Source: Clostridium sp. CAG:1000 (GTDB lineage Bacteria > Bacillota_I > Bacilli_A > RF39 > UBA660). From it: a stretch of DNA of 64,000 bases. The notes beneath the pieces are model-generated. The model was not told the origin of the DNA, searched no databases, and saw only the letters and a program-made list of their open reading frames with translations. The stretch covers positions 3,518 to 67,517 of the forward strand of contig HG000345.1 of the NCBI GenBank assembly GCA_000436975.1, written 5' to 3'. This document shows positions 7,574 through 15,732 of this stretch, in pieces; the first letter of the stretch is position 1, and every line of letters starts with the position of its first letter. Both the position numbers and the translations under genes were made by a program.

Positions 7574-9354
7574 ATGCTTTTTCCTTTCTTAATTAGTGAA
7601 TCTTTAAAATGGTTATATGCATTTGGAAACATTTGCTTTATATATGTTAATTCTTCTATATCTTTTCTTATTGAAGCACTACTAAAATGTGCGAATGCTT
7701 CTCTTCCTAATTTTCCTTTACTATTCCAATATTTTGTTGAATGTTTTGCTCCACCAACACATTTATTTTTTGTTATACCACTTATGATATCCGAAATAGA
7801 ATTAGCTTTTTTGTCCATTTTTAAAATACTTCCAATTCGGTTATAAGTTTCTGATTCACTTAATTTATATTTTATCATATATTTGTTCTTTATTTTTTCA
7901 AAATCATCAATTAATAGTTTTTCAAATGTTCCATCTTGTGAAATATTTCCTAATAAATGATCTAATTTGTGTGACATTTCATGAAACAAAGTCCTATAGT
8001 TATTATTTTTATCTTTATTCAAGTTTATTTTTATATTGTCAAATAAAGGGCTATATCTTGCTGTTTTCCTTGTTTTTATATTTTTGAAGTTAAATTTATT
8101 TATATTAGTATTTAATATTTTTTTCATAGTTGCTGGTGCGTTATCAACAATATTTTTTATTGTTAAATAATGTTCACTAGGAAGTTCATACAATTTTAAC
8201 GGTTTGCGTTCATTTGTTCTTATTTCATAAATATAATCAAGTATTTTTTTCTTTGTTGTTTCACATTTTGTTTTTTTATTTTTTGAACTATTAATATTAC
8301 TAGGTGCCAACGATCCTTTTTCTAACCTATTAAATCTTTTAATATTTCTATCAATATAATTTAATTCACCATTTGTTAATTCATTTATTCTATTATTAAT
8401 CCAATTAATATCTTCTTCATATTCTTCATCGGTATAATCTTCTATATCTTCTAATTCTGGATAATATGTTGTTAAACCATGACGACATGAAGGGTGTAAG
8501 AACCCCTGCTTCATTGCATCACTCAATAACATATACTTACCATCTTTTTTAGTTCCACCAGAATAAACATCATCAATGAATATCTTATTTTCCCATTTTT
8601 GGCATATAGGACATGCACCACCATGAGAAGTTGATTGAACTAATACTCTACCTATTGATTTTCTAAAATCACCTTCGCCCATTAATTGAGCTCTTAAACT
8701 TGCAGTTCTAACAGCCATTTGAGAATAACTGGCAATGTTGACTCTTCTTCCATCTTTATATTCTATACAATTAAAACCTCTATTTAAGAAGTCTTTATTT
8801 GCTTCATCTATTGCAAGTTTAATCTTTTGTAATTCAGTTAATTTTTTGGTTGCCATATTAGCAGCTTGCTTTTCTGTAAAAACTCCATTGGCAACAAAAA
8901 AAGCACTTTTATGAATAACTTGTCTATATTGATCATTAGCCATTCTTAAAACTGCTGTATTAGCTGTTTTTAAGTCATTATTTACTACTTTTATTAAAGC
9001 ATTGACTTTTCTACCATTGGTTCTAAAAAAACTGTGATTCATTATTTTATTAGGCTTTAGGCTCTTACCCATTACTTTGTTATATTGATTAATTGCTTTA
9101 ATTGAACCTTCCTTAAGCTCGTTATTTAAATGCTTAGATATTTCTTTAGGTAGCCCCTTAGTATAACCACTTATGATATTCTTATTCTCTCTTTGATACC
9201 TTTTTAGTTCCTTTAGTTTTTCTGCTTGCCATTGAGAATATTGAAATCCAGTTTTACCTTCTTCTTTAAGATGCCTTTTATAGTTTCTTTTCATAGAAGC
9301 TATTAACTCTATTTCCATATCTTCATATAACTTTTTAATATTATAATCATTCAT
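7570..9354 (-). CDS. minor head protein of the MuF / SPP1 gp7 family with a ~290-aa C-terminal HExxH domain
   Basis: Follows the portal gene. The MuF-type motif CPICQKW...HPSCRHG lies at residues ~248-292. The C-terminal extension carries HEMSH (7969-7983) and a downstream REAFAHF segment. Confidence 0.8.
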   Translation of the reverse strand: MNDYNIKKLYEDMEIELIASMKRNYKRHLKEEGKTGFQYSQWQAEKLKELKRYQRENKNIISGYTKGLPKEISKHLNNELKEGSIKAINQYNKVMGKSLKPNKIMNHSFFRTNGRKVNALIKVVNNDLKTANTAVLRMANDQYRQVIHKSAFFVANGVFTEKQAANMATKKLTELQKIKLAIDEANKDFLNRGFNCIEYKDGRRVNIASYSQMAVRTASLRAQLMGEGDFRKSIGRVLVQSTSHGGACPICQKWENKIFIDDVYSGGTKKDGKYMLLSDAMKQGFLHPSCRHGLTTYYPELEDIEDYTDEEYEEDINWINNRINELTNGELNYIDRNIKRFNRLEKGSLAPSNINSSKNKKTKCETTKKKILDYIYEIRTNERKPLKLYELPSEHYLTIKNIVDNAPATMKKILNTNINKFNFKNIKTRKTARYSPLFDNIKINLNKDKNNNYRTLFHEMSHKLDHLLGNISQDGTFEKLLIDDFEKIKNKYMIKYKLSESETYNRIGSILKMDKKANSISDIISGITKNKCVGGAKHSTKYWNSKGKLGREAFAHFSSASIRKDIEELTYIKQMFPNAYNHFKDSLIKKGKSI

Positions 9355-9566
9355 TAATTATCACTACTTTGAATTATTTTAATATCAGAATACTTACAAT
9401 TAACTGTTGTTGATACCGTATTATCTTTTTTCTCAGTAAAACTTACTCTTTCATTACCATCCCAATTAGATATATTAAAATAAATTATATTTTCATAAGT
9501 CTTACCATCATATTTAATCTTTAGCCCTTTTATTGGTTTCTCTTTACTCTCTATCATTTGTATCAC
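9354..9566 (-). CDS. hypothetical small protein
   Basis: 70-aa ORF between the portal and MuF genes; it overlaps the portal 3' end. Confidence 0.4.
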   Translation of the reverse strand: MIQMIESKEKPIKGLKIKYDGKTYENIIYFNISNWDGNERVSFTEKKDNTVSTTVNCKYSDIKIIQSSDN

Positions 9567-11073
9567 CTACCTTTGAATTTAATATATCTTCATTTTCAAT
9601 TAAATCTAAATCATCATTAATTGATGGCTCTTCCATATCTACAATACCTTGTTCATTTTTTATTCTTTGAACTTCTTCTTGTTTCCATTTATCATCCTTA
9701 GTATCTCCGTAAAGCTCTTCTACACTAGTTTCTATACTCATGATTCCATTTATTTTAGCTTTTCCTATTGTTTCAATTTGAGCTTCAAAAGAAGGATTAG
9801 CATAACCACCAAATGAAGCAGTTCCTTGAATATCAGTAATTTCATTTTGATTCATAGTATCATACACTTTAAATGTTATGTTAACCATATCATTTATAAC
9901 TTTTGTTAATACTTCAACAATTTGATTTCTCTTATATAATGTTGTTTTTTCTTTTTCTCTTGTTGCTTCTGCATTATCTATCTTCTTTGTATCAATTCCT
10001 AAAGTGCTAGGACTAATTAAACCAGTTAAACATTGATCTAATGCAGTAATATATGTATTTAATAATGCTTCATATTGTATTTGTCCCTGTGTTGTTTCTA
10101 TTTTATTCTTACTTGAACCATCTTCTGAAATTGTTTCTTCAACTGATATAAAATCATTGTCTAAATCACTGCCTCTTAATAACAAACCAGTTTCTGGATC
10201 TCTTGGTAATAATGATTCAGGAATATAAGTTTTAATTTGCCCTTTTCTTAATGCTAACATCCATTGTGACCACACTTCATCAAAGGCATCAAAGTTATCC
10301 AATTTTCCATCAAATAATGATTTTCCTCTACCAATATACTTTTTTGATTTTCTAAACATAACTGGAAGAGCCATCATAAATTCATTAGGATTTATAACTG
10401 TCTTATATTTATTAATTAATTCTGGATAATCTTCTATCTTGCATTCTTTTCCTTCTTTATTAACTAACTTATAAGTTATATCTTTTTTAGAATATCTTTC
10501 AAGAAGTGTATATCTTTGCTTATTAATTAATTTTTTAGTTTTAAATATAACTGCAATTAATCTTCCTCTTTCATATTCAAAATCAACTCTTGAACCATCA
10601 TAATATTCAATGATTGGATATTGACTAATATCAGTATCAATAGACCACTTAAAAGCTCCATCTCCACACACTAATGCTCCAACCACTGCATCTCTAAGCA
10701 ATGCTTTAGGATTGTTTTCTTCTGCTATCTTATTCCATTCTTCTTGTCTATCTCCGGCTTCAATTTTATCTAAGTCATCTGTAGAAATATCAGCCAATGT
10801 GTCTACTATCATAGAAGGTAACCCAGTATGTATTTTTCTTATGTTCATTCCAACTGTAGGCTTACTACCCCAAAAATGTTTATTTCCAAGTTTATCATTT
10901 AATTGTTCATATAGTTGTTGTATTTCATTTGGATCACCCCTATACCATATGTTATTAATAAATGCTTGGCTTTCATAATTATTTAATTGTTCAATATCTA
11001 TTTGTATTGAATCAGGGCTTTTAATTTCTAACCAATTTCTTATCATATTTTTCATCCATCCCATCTTTATCAC
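9544..11073 (-). CDS. portal protein
   Basis: 509 aa immediately after terL, with an acidic C-terminus. SPP1 gp6-like position and size. Confidence 0.85.
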   Translation of the reverse strand: MIKMGWMKNMIRNWLEIKSPDSIQIDIEQLNNYESQAFINNIWYRGDPNEIQQLYEQLNDKLGNKHFWGSKPTVGMNIRKIHTGLPSMIVDTLADISTDDLDKIEAGDRQEEWNKIAEENNPKALLRDAVVGALVCGDGAFKWSIDTDISQYPIIEYYDGSRVDFEYERGRLIAVIFKTKKLINKQRYTLLERYSKKDITYKLVNKEGKECKIEDYPELINKYKTVINPNEFMMALPVMFRKSKKYIGRGKSLFDGKLDNFDAFDEVWSQWMLALRKGQIKTYIPESLLPRDPETGLLLRGSDLDNDFISVEETISEDGSSKNKIETTQGQIQYEALLNTYITALDQCLTGLISPSTLGIDTKKIDNAEATREKEKTTLYKRNQIVEVLTKVINDMVNITFKVYDTMNQNEITDIQGTASFGGYANPSFEAQIETIGKAKINGIMSIETSVEELYGDTKDDKWKQEEVQRIKNEQGIVDMEEPSINDDLDLIENEDILNSKVGDTNDRE

Positions 11074-12488
11074 TCTCCAGTGTCTGCATCTTTTATCATT
11101 TGTTTAATCATTTCCCAATTACCTATTAATTTCTTAAATGGTAACCAAGCATATTGACAACCTTGTATATGATGGTCATTTCCATCTTCAAGTTGTCCAT
11201 CTTCTGTGAAACTGTACACATTCGTTTCACCTATATAATCTTTGCATGTTTCAACAATTAAAAAATCCTCGGTATTTAACCAGGACTGTTGTAGTTGAAC
11301 TCTCGTTAAGTTCTTTGTTTTCTTCCATGCACCTTCAAATATGTAAATACATCCAGTTTTTCTTTTGTATTTTTTTGCTTCTGCTATTGTTCCAGCATCA
11401 GCATTATCTATAAAAATGTATCTTGCAAATCCCCATTTGCTTTTACATTTTTCAGCAAAATTAATTAATTTAGGTATAACATCTGATGGAGCAAATGGTA
11501 TTTCTCTATCTTTGTTGTTGTATCCTTCTTCTTCTAGTAAAATACATTTTCTATCTTCCGTTATTCCTACAAATTCAAATGTAAGTTTATCGTGTGATTT
11601 CTTTGAATAAGATGTATCACAACCGATTGCATATCGTACAAACTTTCTTTTCTTTCTAGGATTAGTTTCTTTCCAATCTTCAAACATTGCTTGTTTTTCA
11701 CTTATAATATGTTTTTCAGCAATTATATTGAATACTAATCCTGTTGCTTTTCCTCTCAAACCTTGTATTTTATTTTTATATAATTTAGTTCCAACTGGTA
11801 CAGATTCTATTATTTGCTTCTTTTTCTCATCAGTTAGACTTAAATTATGGTTAAATGTGAAATACCACCAAGTCCAATCAGCAACTCGTTGTTCATTTAA
11901 CATTTTTAATAATTCTATTGGTCCATCATTTTTATATTTATCTATTGGTCTAGATTTATTAACAAATTCTTTATAGCATTCTTTATTTGGATCATCTGGG
12001 TTCATTGTACATAGTCTATAATCAGCCCTCATAAATGCTTCTCGTATAAACTCCATATCAGCAATATTAAATTCATCTATGAATAAGCCATACACTTGGC
12101 CACCTAAAGCTTTCTTCCAACGAGCCTTATTATCATATCCCAATACATAAATTGTCTTGTTCCCATTTTGAGTATGAAAGAGTATGTGTGGAAGACTTAT
12201 TTTGCCTTTACCATTGGGATTGTATTCTACACATCCACCTTCTTTATAATCTCCAAATATTTCAATTAACCCTTTATCAGAGTTAATAATATTTTTTTCA
12301 ATTGTTCCTAAATCAAGTCCTGCTATAATACTAGGTTTTGTTCCTTTATAATCAGCAATTTTAAACATAAATTTAGGAATGCCTACAGTTGTTTTCCCAG
12401 CAAATGTAGTGCCTTCAAGAAATTCCGTACTACAATCATACTTTAAGAAATCAATGTATTTCTCACTTAATGGGAAATCATTATTCAT
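11070..12488 (-). CDS. terL: terminase large subunit (start trimmed to MNNDFPL)
   Basis: Walker A-like segment GTTFAGKTT, a C-terminal nuclease-type region, and overlap with terS and the portal gene. ATG at 12488 follows GGTGG. Confidence 0.85.
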   Translation of the reverse strand: MNNDFPLSEKYIDFLKYDCSTEFLEGTTFAGKTTVGIPKFMFKIADYKGTKPSIIAGLDLGTIEKNIINSDKGLIEIFGDYKEGGCVEYNPNGKGKISLPHILFHTQNGNKTIYVLGYDNKARWKKALGGQVYGLFIDEFNIADMEFIREAFMRADYRLCTMNPDDPNKECYKEFVNKSRPIDKYKNDGPIELLKMLNEQRVADWTWWYFTFNHNLSLTDEKKKQIIESVPVGTKLYKNKIQGLRGKATGLVFNIIAEKHIISEKQAMFEDWKETNPRKKRKFVRYAIGCDTSYSKKSHDKLTFEFVGITEDRKCILLEEEGYNNKDREIPFAPSDVIPKLINFAEKCKSKWGFARYIFIDNADAGTIAEAKKYKRKTGCIYIFEGAWKKTKNLTRVQLQQSWLNTEDFLIVETCKDYIGETNVYSFTEDGQLEDGNDHHIQGCQYAWLPFKKLIGNWEMIKQMIKDADTGE

Positions 12489-12882
12489 TCTTACCACCTA
12501 GTTGTTTTGAAATAGATGATAATATTTTAGTCGCATTAGGGTTTTCAACACTAACTTCATCTTTAGGTTTTTCACCTACTGTATCTCTTAATGAATTAAA
12601 CGCTTGATAATCTCCTTTTAAAGCTCTTTGCCACATAGCAATTATCATAGCCATTTGATTGTCTATATTCTCTTCGTCTATGCCTAATTGTTTAAACGTA
12701 GTTCTAATCTTCTTTCCAGTCTTATCACTAACATCTGGAAATGGTAAAGATAATAACAATGATATCTGGTCTTTCATTAATTTCTTCTTTCTTCTCACTT
12801 CACCAGATTTAATTCCACCATTGCGGCCTTTTCTTTTCGCTTCTTCTGTGCTTTGTATTGGTTTTAAATCACTTGCACTCAT
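12481..12882 (-). CDS. terS: terminase small subunit (start trimmed to MSASDLK)
   Basis: Basic N-terminal segment KRKGRNGGIKSGEVRRKKK. It lies directly upstream of and overlapping terL. AAGGAG sits 9 nt before the ATG at 12882. Confidence 0.75.
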   Translation of the reverse strand: MSASDLKPIQSTEEAKRKGRNGGIKSGEVRRKKKLMKDQISLLLSLPFPDVSDKTGKKIRTTFKQLGIDEENIDNQMAMIIAMWQRALKGDYQAFNSLRDTVGEKPKDEVSVENPNATKILSSISKQLGGKNE

Positions 12883-12920
12883 TGTTATCATCTCCTTCCA
12901 TTATTTTTACAATTAATTTT

Positions 12921-12950
12921 AAAATAAAAAACAACCATTTAAGGTTGTTT
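12921..12950 (-). terminator. intrinsic terminator upstream of terS
   Basis: Stem AAACAACC/GGTTGTTT (12929-12936 / 12943-12950), followed on the minus strand by TTTTTTATTTT. Confidence 0.65.
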
Positions 12951-12954
12951 AATT

Positions 12955-13572
12955 TCAAAATGGCGCCGTGCTATAGGCTAGGTACCCAGTTGGCGGCGCA
13001 GACAAACTCTTTTGGAGCGACCTAATAGTATCTTTAATAGATACTGTCTAATGATATAAAGGTTTATGTTATATGCCTATAACACTTTGTGGTGTCCTCC
13101 AAGAGAATTGTAAGTATAGAAACCACACTACTAACTTACTTTATTACCTTTTGCCCCTAGACTTTTATATATCACTAGACACTACCTACTAGAGATAGTG
13201 CTGCGTGTAGTTGATGGCTACACTTACAAAAAATACAAGAATACACAATCAAATTTGTATTCAAAATTTGAACAGGAGAACTAATTATAACTCCTGTTAG
13301 TGTCTTATAGACACCATATCAAGTAAATATAGAATAGCAATTTACTAAGTGTTTAAACTTTCATAAACTAACATCACTATTCTTCTCGTTAGCAAAGGTA
13401 TATTTACTCAATATGCTACCTATAAAGATAGCATTTCATACTCACTTAAATCTCAACGAAAAAACTTAATATTATTGTATGATTTACACTGCTTTGTTCG
13501 TTGACAGGGTTTTCCAGTAGTTTTCCCTTTGGCTCGCTAGGAGCATTGTTAATGCCTTTTATAAGCACCATA
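12955..13572 (-). ncRNA. candidate large structured phage ncRNA (main body); class unassigned, GOLLD/ROOL-like context
   Basis: No credible ORF on either strand. It contains local GC-rich patches in an otherwise AT-rich phage. Many stems are present: 12963-12968/12994-12999, 13027-13033/13039-13045, 13067-13073/13078-13084, 13205-13210/13218-13223, 13239-13245/13256-13262, 13272-13278/13291-13297, 13300-13305/13309-13314, 13414-13419/13430-13435. A minus-strand promoter and terminators bracket the region. Confidence 0.4.
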
Positions 13573-13670
13573 GGATGAATATAGCAGGGCTCGAACCTAC
13601 AACTCGCGTGTCCTGGTTATTAAGATTTGCGTACGCACCACACTCTACCAATTGAGTTATATATTCACCC
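13573..13670 (-). ncRNA. tRNA-like element (canonical acceptor, D and T arms; non-canonical 40-nt segment in place of anticodon/variable arms)
   Basis: Minus strand reads GGGTGAATATA-TA-ACTC-AATTGGTA-GAGT-G-[40 nt]-GTAGG-TTCGAGC-CCTGC-TATATTCATCC. The T-loop is TTCGAGC and the D-loop AATTGGTA. The acceptor helix is 7 bp, extendable to 11 bp. I could not fold a 5-bp/7-nt anticodon arm by eye. Confidence 0.4.
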
Positions 13671-13673
13671 TAT

Positions 13674-13878
13674 GCTACTCATAAATATGAATAGCACATT
13701 TGAAAGGATGTGTTATTATGAACACAATAGAATAGATATATTATTACAACAACGTTGTCCTATTTACTATAGCATAGGATATATCTACTCTATATTATTC
13801 ATAATTATTCATAAAGGCATTGCTTAACCCTTCCAACTAGCCTATATATGCCTTTCCTAGTTCCCGTTTTATTCTCCC
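13674..13878 (-). ncRNA. 5' hairpin-rich portion of the same candidate transcript
   Basis: A 9-bp stem at 13674-13682/13687-13695 and a 15-bp stem at 13727-13741/13779-13793. Each has one position that is G-U on the minus-strand RNA but A-C on the plus strand. Nested CCTAT/ATAGG and CAACGTTG elements are also present. Confidence 0.35.
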
Positions 13879-13909
13879 ATAAAAAAGAAATCTTTATAAG
13901 AGATTTCTT
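13879..13909 (-). terminator. intrinsic terminator-like hairpin downstream of the late activator gene and ~70 nt downstream of the late promoter
   Basis: Stem AAGAAATCT/AGATTTCTT (13885-13893 / 13901-13909) with loop ttataag. On the minus strand it is followed by a T-run and then ATGGG. Confidence 0.6.
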
Positions 13910-13976
13910 TCAGTTTTGACATAGATCTAAAACTTAAGAATTAATATTACCTCACGTATAATAATTCCATGATACC

Positions 13977-14051
13977 ATTATACCAAAAATTTTGTGACAT
14001 TTCGTGACATCTTTATTTTTTGGTTCATAAAAATGTGACATTTCGTGACAT
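13977..14051 (-). promoter_or_regulatory. activator-type (late) promoter: extended -10 TGGTATAAT plus two 17-nt direct repeats
   Basis: On the minus strand, ATGTCACGAAATGTCAC occurs at 14051-14035 and 14010-13994, four ATGTCAC units in all. TGGTATAAT lies at 13985-13977. There is no good -35 hexamer. Confidence 0.5.
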
Positions 14052-14449
14052 TACAAATCTTTTTCATATAGTCTATGGCATTGTCTAGAACTATAATGAG
14101 TTAATTTTGATATTTCATCCCACTTTTTCTTTTCAACATCTCTATAGTATCTCACTAGTTCACTTCCCCCATACTTAGAAATTCTTTTCATTTCTTTAAT
14201 GATATAGTTTTCATAAGCATTAATACTTTCTTGCAATGAATATATTTCACTGTCAAGCTCTTCATCTTTTATAATATAATGTGCGAATTTATCAAATATT
14301 GCTTTGCCATCATTTTTACCAGTAATAATATCTTTCATAATTGGACTCCCTGGTTGAGATTTTATAAAATTAATTTTCTTTTTTTGCAAATACAATTCTA
14401 ATGTATCTTGCAATTTATCAATTTCATTTTTGGCTTTTAATATATTCAT
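14051..14449 (-). CDS. candidate late-gene transcriptional activator (ArpU/RinA/sigma-region-4-like)
   Basis: 132 aa and the last gene before the packaging region. The C-terminal HTH-like segment is WDEISKLTHYSSRQCHRLYEK. Confidence 0.45.
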   Translation of the reverse strand: MNILKAKNEIDKLQDTLELYLQKKKINFIKSQPGSPIMKDIITGKNDGKAIFDKFAHYIIKDEELDSEIYSLQESINAYENYIIKEMKRISKYGGSELVRYYRDVEKKKWDEISKLTHYSSRQCHRLYEKDL

Positions 14450-15072
14450 TACTCACCTCTATCAAAATGCTCTTCGAGTTTACCATTCTTCATTCTGACA
14501 TATTTTGAAATAATATTCTTATAATTTATTACAAATCCTTCAACATCCCTTTTAACTTTATTAGTGTATTTCTCATAAACACTATCTAAATGTTCTTTTG
14601 TAGGTAGAATATTAAGCACTGTAACTTCTGGAACTATACCTATAAATTTTGGTATTTCTTGATTTAAAAATGGATATTTAAATAGTTCATGATCATAAAT
14701 TAGGTTATATAAGTTATATTCATCATCAATATTTGCTTTTGCGAACATGTACCATCTTTTGTCAAACTCGCTTACATCATACTTTAATTTGCCCATACCA
14801 AGCCATTCTCCACATATTGCTGAATCATTAATTAATTGTTCTTGTAAATAATCTTTATTATCTAACAACCACTGATATAATCCTTTATATAATTTATCTT
14901 TTACTTCTTTTAACTCATTGATATTAATAATTGTTTTTCTTTGAGCAAAATACAACTCATCATTTTTCTTAAAGAATACTAAATTACTTCCATCTAGTTT
15001 TTCAGTTACATATACCTTATCTCCTAAGCAACTAACTCTTTTAGTTTTTGGATATATTTCTTTCTTTATCAT
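14449..15072 (-). CDS. ATP-dependent RNA ligase-like nucleotidyltransferase (minimal, 207 aa)
   Basis: Covalent nucleotidyltransferase motifs appear in order: I TEKLDGSN (Lys25), III CGEWLG, IV EGFVI, V KYVRMK. Confidence 0.65.
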   Translation of the reverse strand: MIKKEIYPKTKRVSCLGDKVYVTEKLDGSNLVFFKKNDELYFAQRKTIININELKEVKDKLYKGLYQWLLDNKDYLQEQLINDSAICGEWLGMGKLKYDVSEFDKRWYMFAKANIDDEYNLYNLIYDHELFKYPFLNQEIPKFIGIVPEVTVLNILPTKEHLDSVYEKYTNKVKRDVEGFVINYKNIISKYVRMKNGKLEEHFDRGE

Positions 15073-15241
15073 AACTTTTCCTTTCTAATTCTTCTTCTAA
15101 CTTTTTAATCTTACATTTAATCTTAAGCTTTTCCTTAAACAAATCAGTTCTTCTATCAGATACTGCTATTAGTCTATTTATTTCTTTTAAATTTTGTTTA
15201 TGTTTTACCAATTCCCTCCTGATATCATATAAACTTCTCAT
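15041..15241 (-). CDS. hypothetical small coiled-coil protein
   Basis: 66-aa Lys/Glu-rich ORF in the tightly packed early operon. Confidence 0.45.
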   Translation of the reverse strand: MRSLYDIRRELVKHKQNLKEINRLIAVSDRRTDLFKEKLKIKCKIKKLEEELERKSYDKERNISKN

Positions 15242-15279
15242 TTCACTCCTTTAAGTTCTAATTTCATTATTTACCCCCC

Positions 15280-15516
15280 TTAATTTTCAATTCTGTAAGT
15301 ATTTTCAACAGTTATTAAATATCTAGGAATATGGTCTATTGTTTGCTGTTCACTAAATATCCTAATACTCTTCATCAACTCTGTTATATAATTATCCTTT
15401 TTAGACAACAATTCTCTATTGAACTCATTAACTTTTTCTCTAATCATTTTTTCAATTTCATCATTAGCAATTTGTTCTATTTGTTTTTTCATAATTGTTT
15501 CAAAATTTATATTCAT
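15280..15516 (-). CDS. hypothetical protein
   Basis: 78-aa ORF in the same orientation as its neighbours. Confidence 0.5.
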   Translation of the reverse strand: MNINFETIMKKQIEQIANDEIEKMIREKVNEFNRELLSKKDNYITELMKSIRIFSEQQTIDHIPRYLITVENTYRIEN

Positions 15517-15522
15517 TATTTA

Positions 15523-15732
15523 TCATCTCCTATTATTTTTTTTTGATAATTGTATATAAGCATTATGTAAATCAAAATACCTACGTACTATTTCTTCTTT
15601 TTCCATACTTAATAGTGCTTTATATTTACTTCTTTCACCTGTACAAAATGTAACAGTTTGTCCTGTAAGTAATCGATATTTACTTTCATATTCAAGTAAT
15701 TTCTTATATCTTTTATTTGATAGTATTTTCAT
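15523..15732 (-). CDS. hypothetical protein (MKILSNK N-terminus shared with 17318..17551)
   Basis: 69-aa ORF. Its first 21 nt are identical to those of ORF 17318..17551. Confidence 0.5.
   Translation of the reverse strand: MKILSNKRYKKLLEYESKYRLLTGQTVTFCTGERSKYKALLSMEKEEIVRRYFDLHNAYIQLSKKNNRR

Noticed and set aside
12955-13010. GC-rich palindrome GCGCCG...CGGCGC as a cos site
   Set aside because: This is possible in principle, since cos sites lie upstream of terS. However, the SPP1-like portal/MuF/terminase set suggests headful (pac) packaging, and the surrounding kilobase is full of strand-specific RNA helices. It is kept as the main alternative in the refutation criteria.
13573-13670. Calling this a standard tRNA gene
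   Set aside because: The acceptor, D and T arms are canonical, but I could not fold a canonical anticodon arm or name an anticodon, and no CCA is encoded. It is reported only as tRNA-like.
13627-13827. Plus-strand 66-aa ORF inside the non-coding region
   Set aside because: It has no RBS and an implausible composition. It overlaps the tRNA-like element and the hairpins, whose G-U pairs indicate a minus-strand RNA.
12955-13880. Group I or group II intron
   Set aside because: There is no intron-encoded protein and no recognisable group II domain V or group I P7/P3 core that I could identify by eye. There are no flanking exons of an interrupted gene either.
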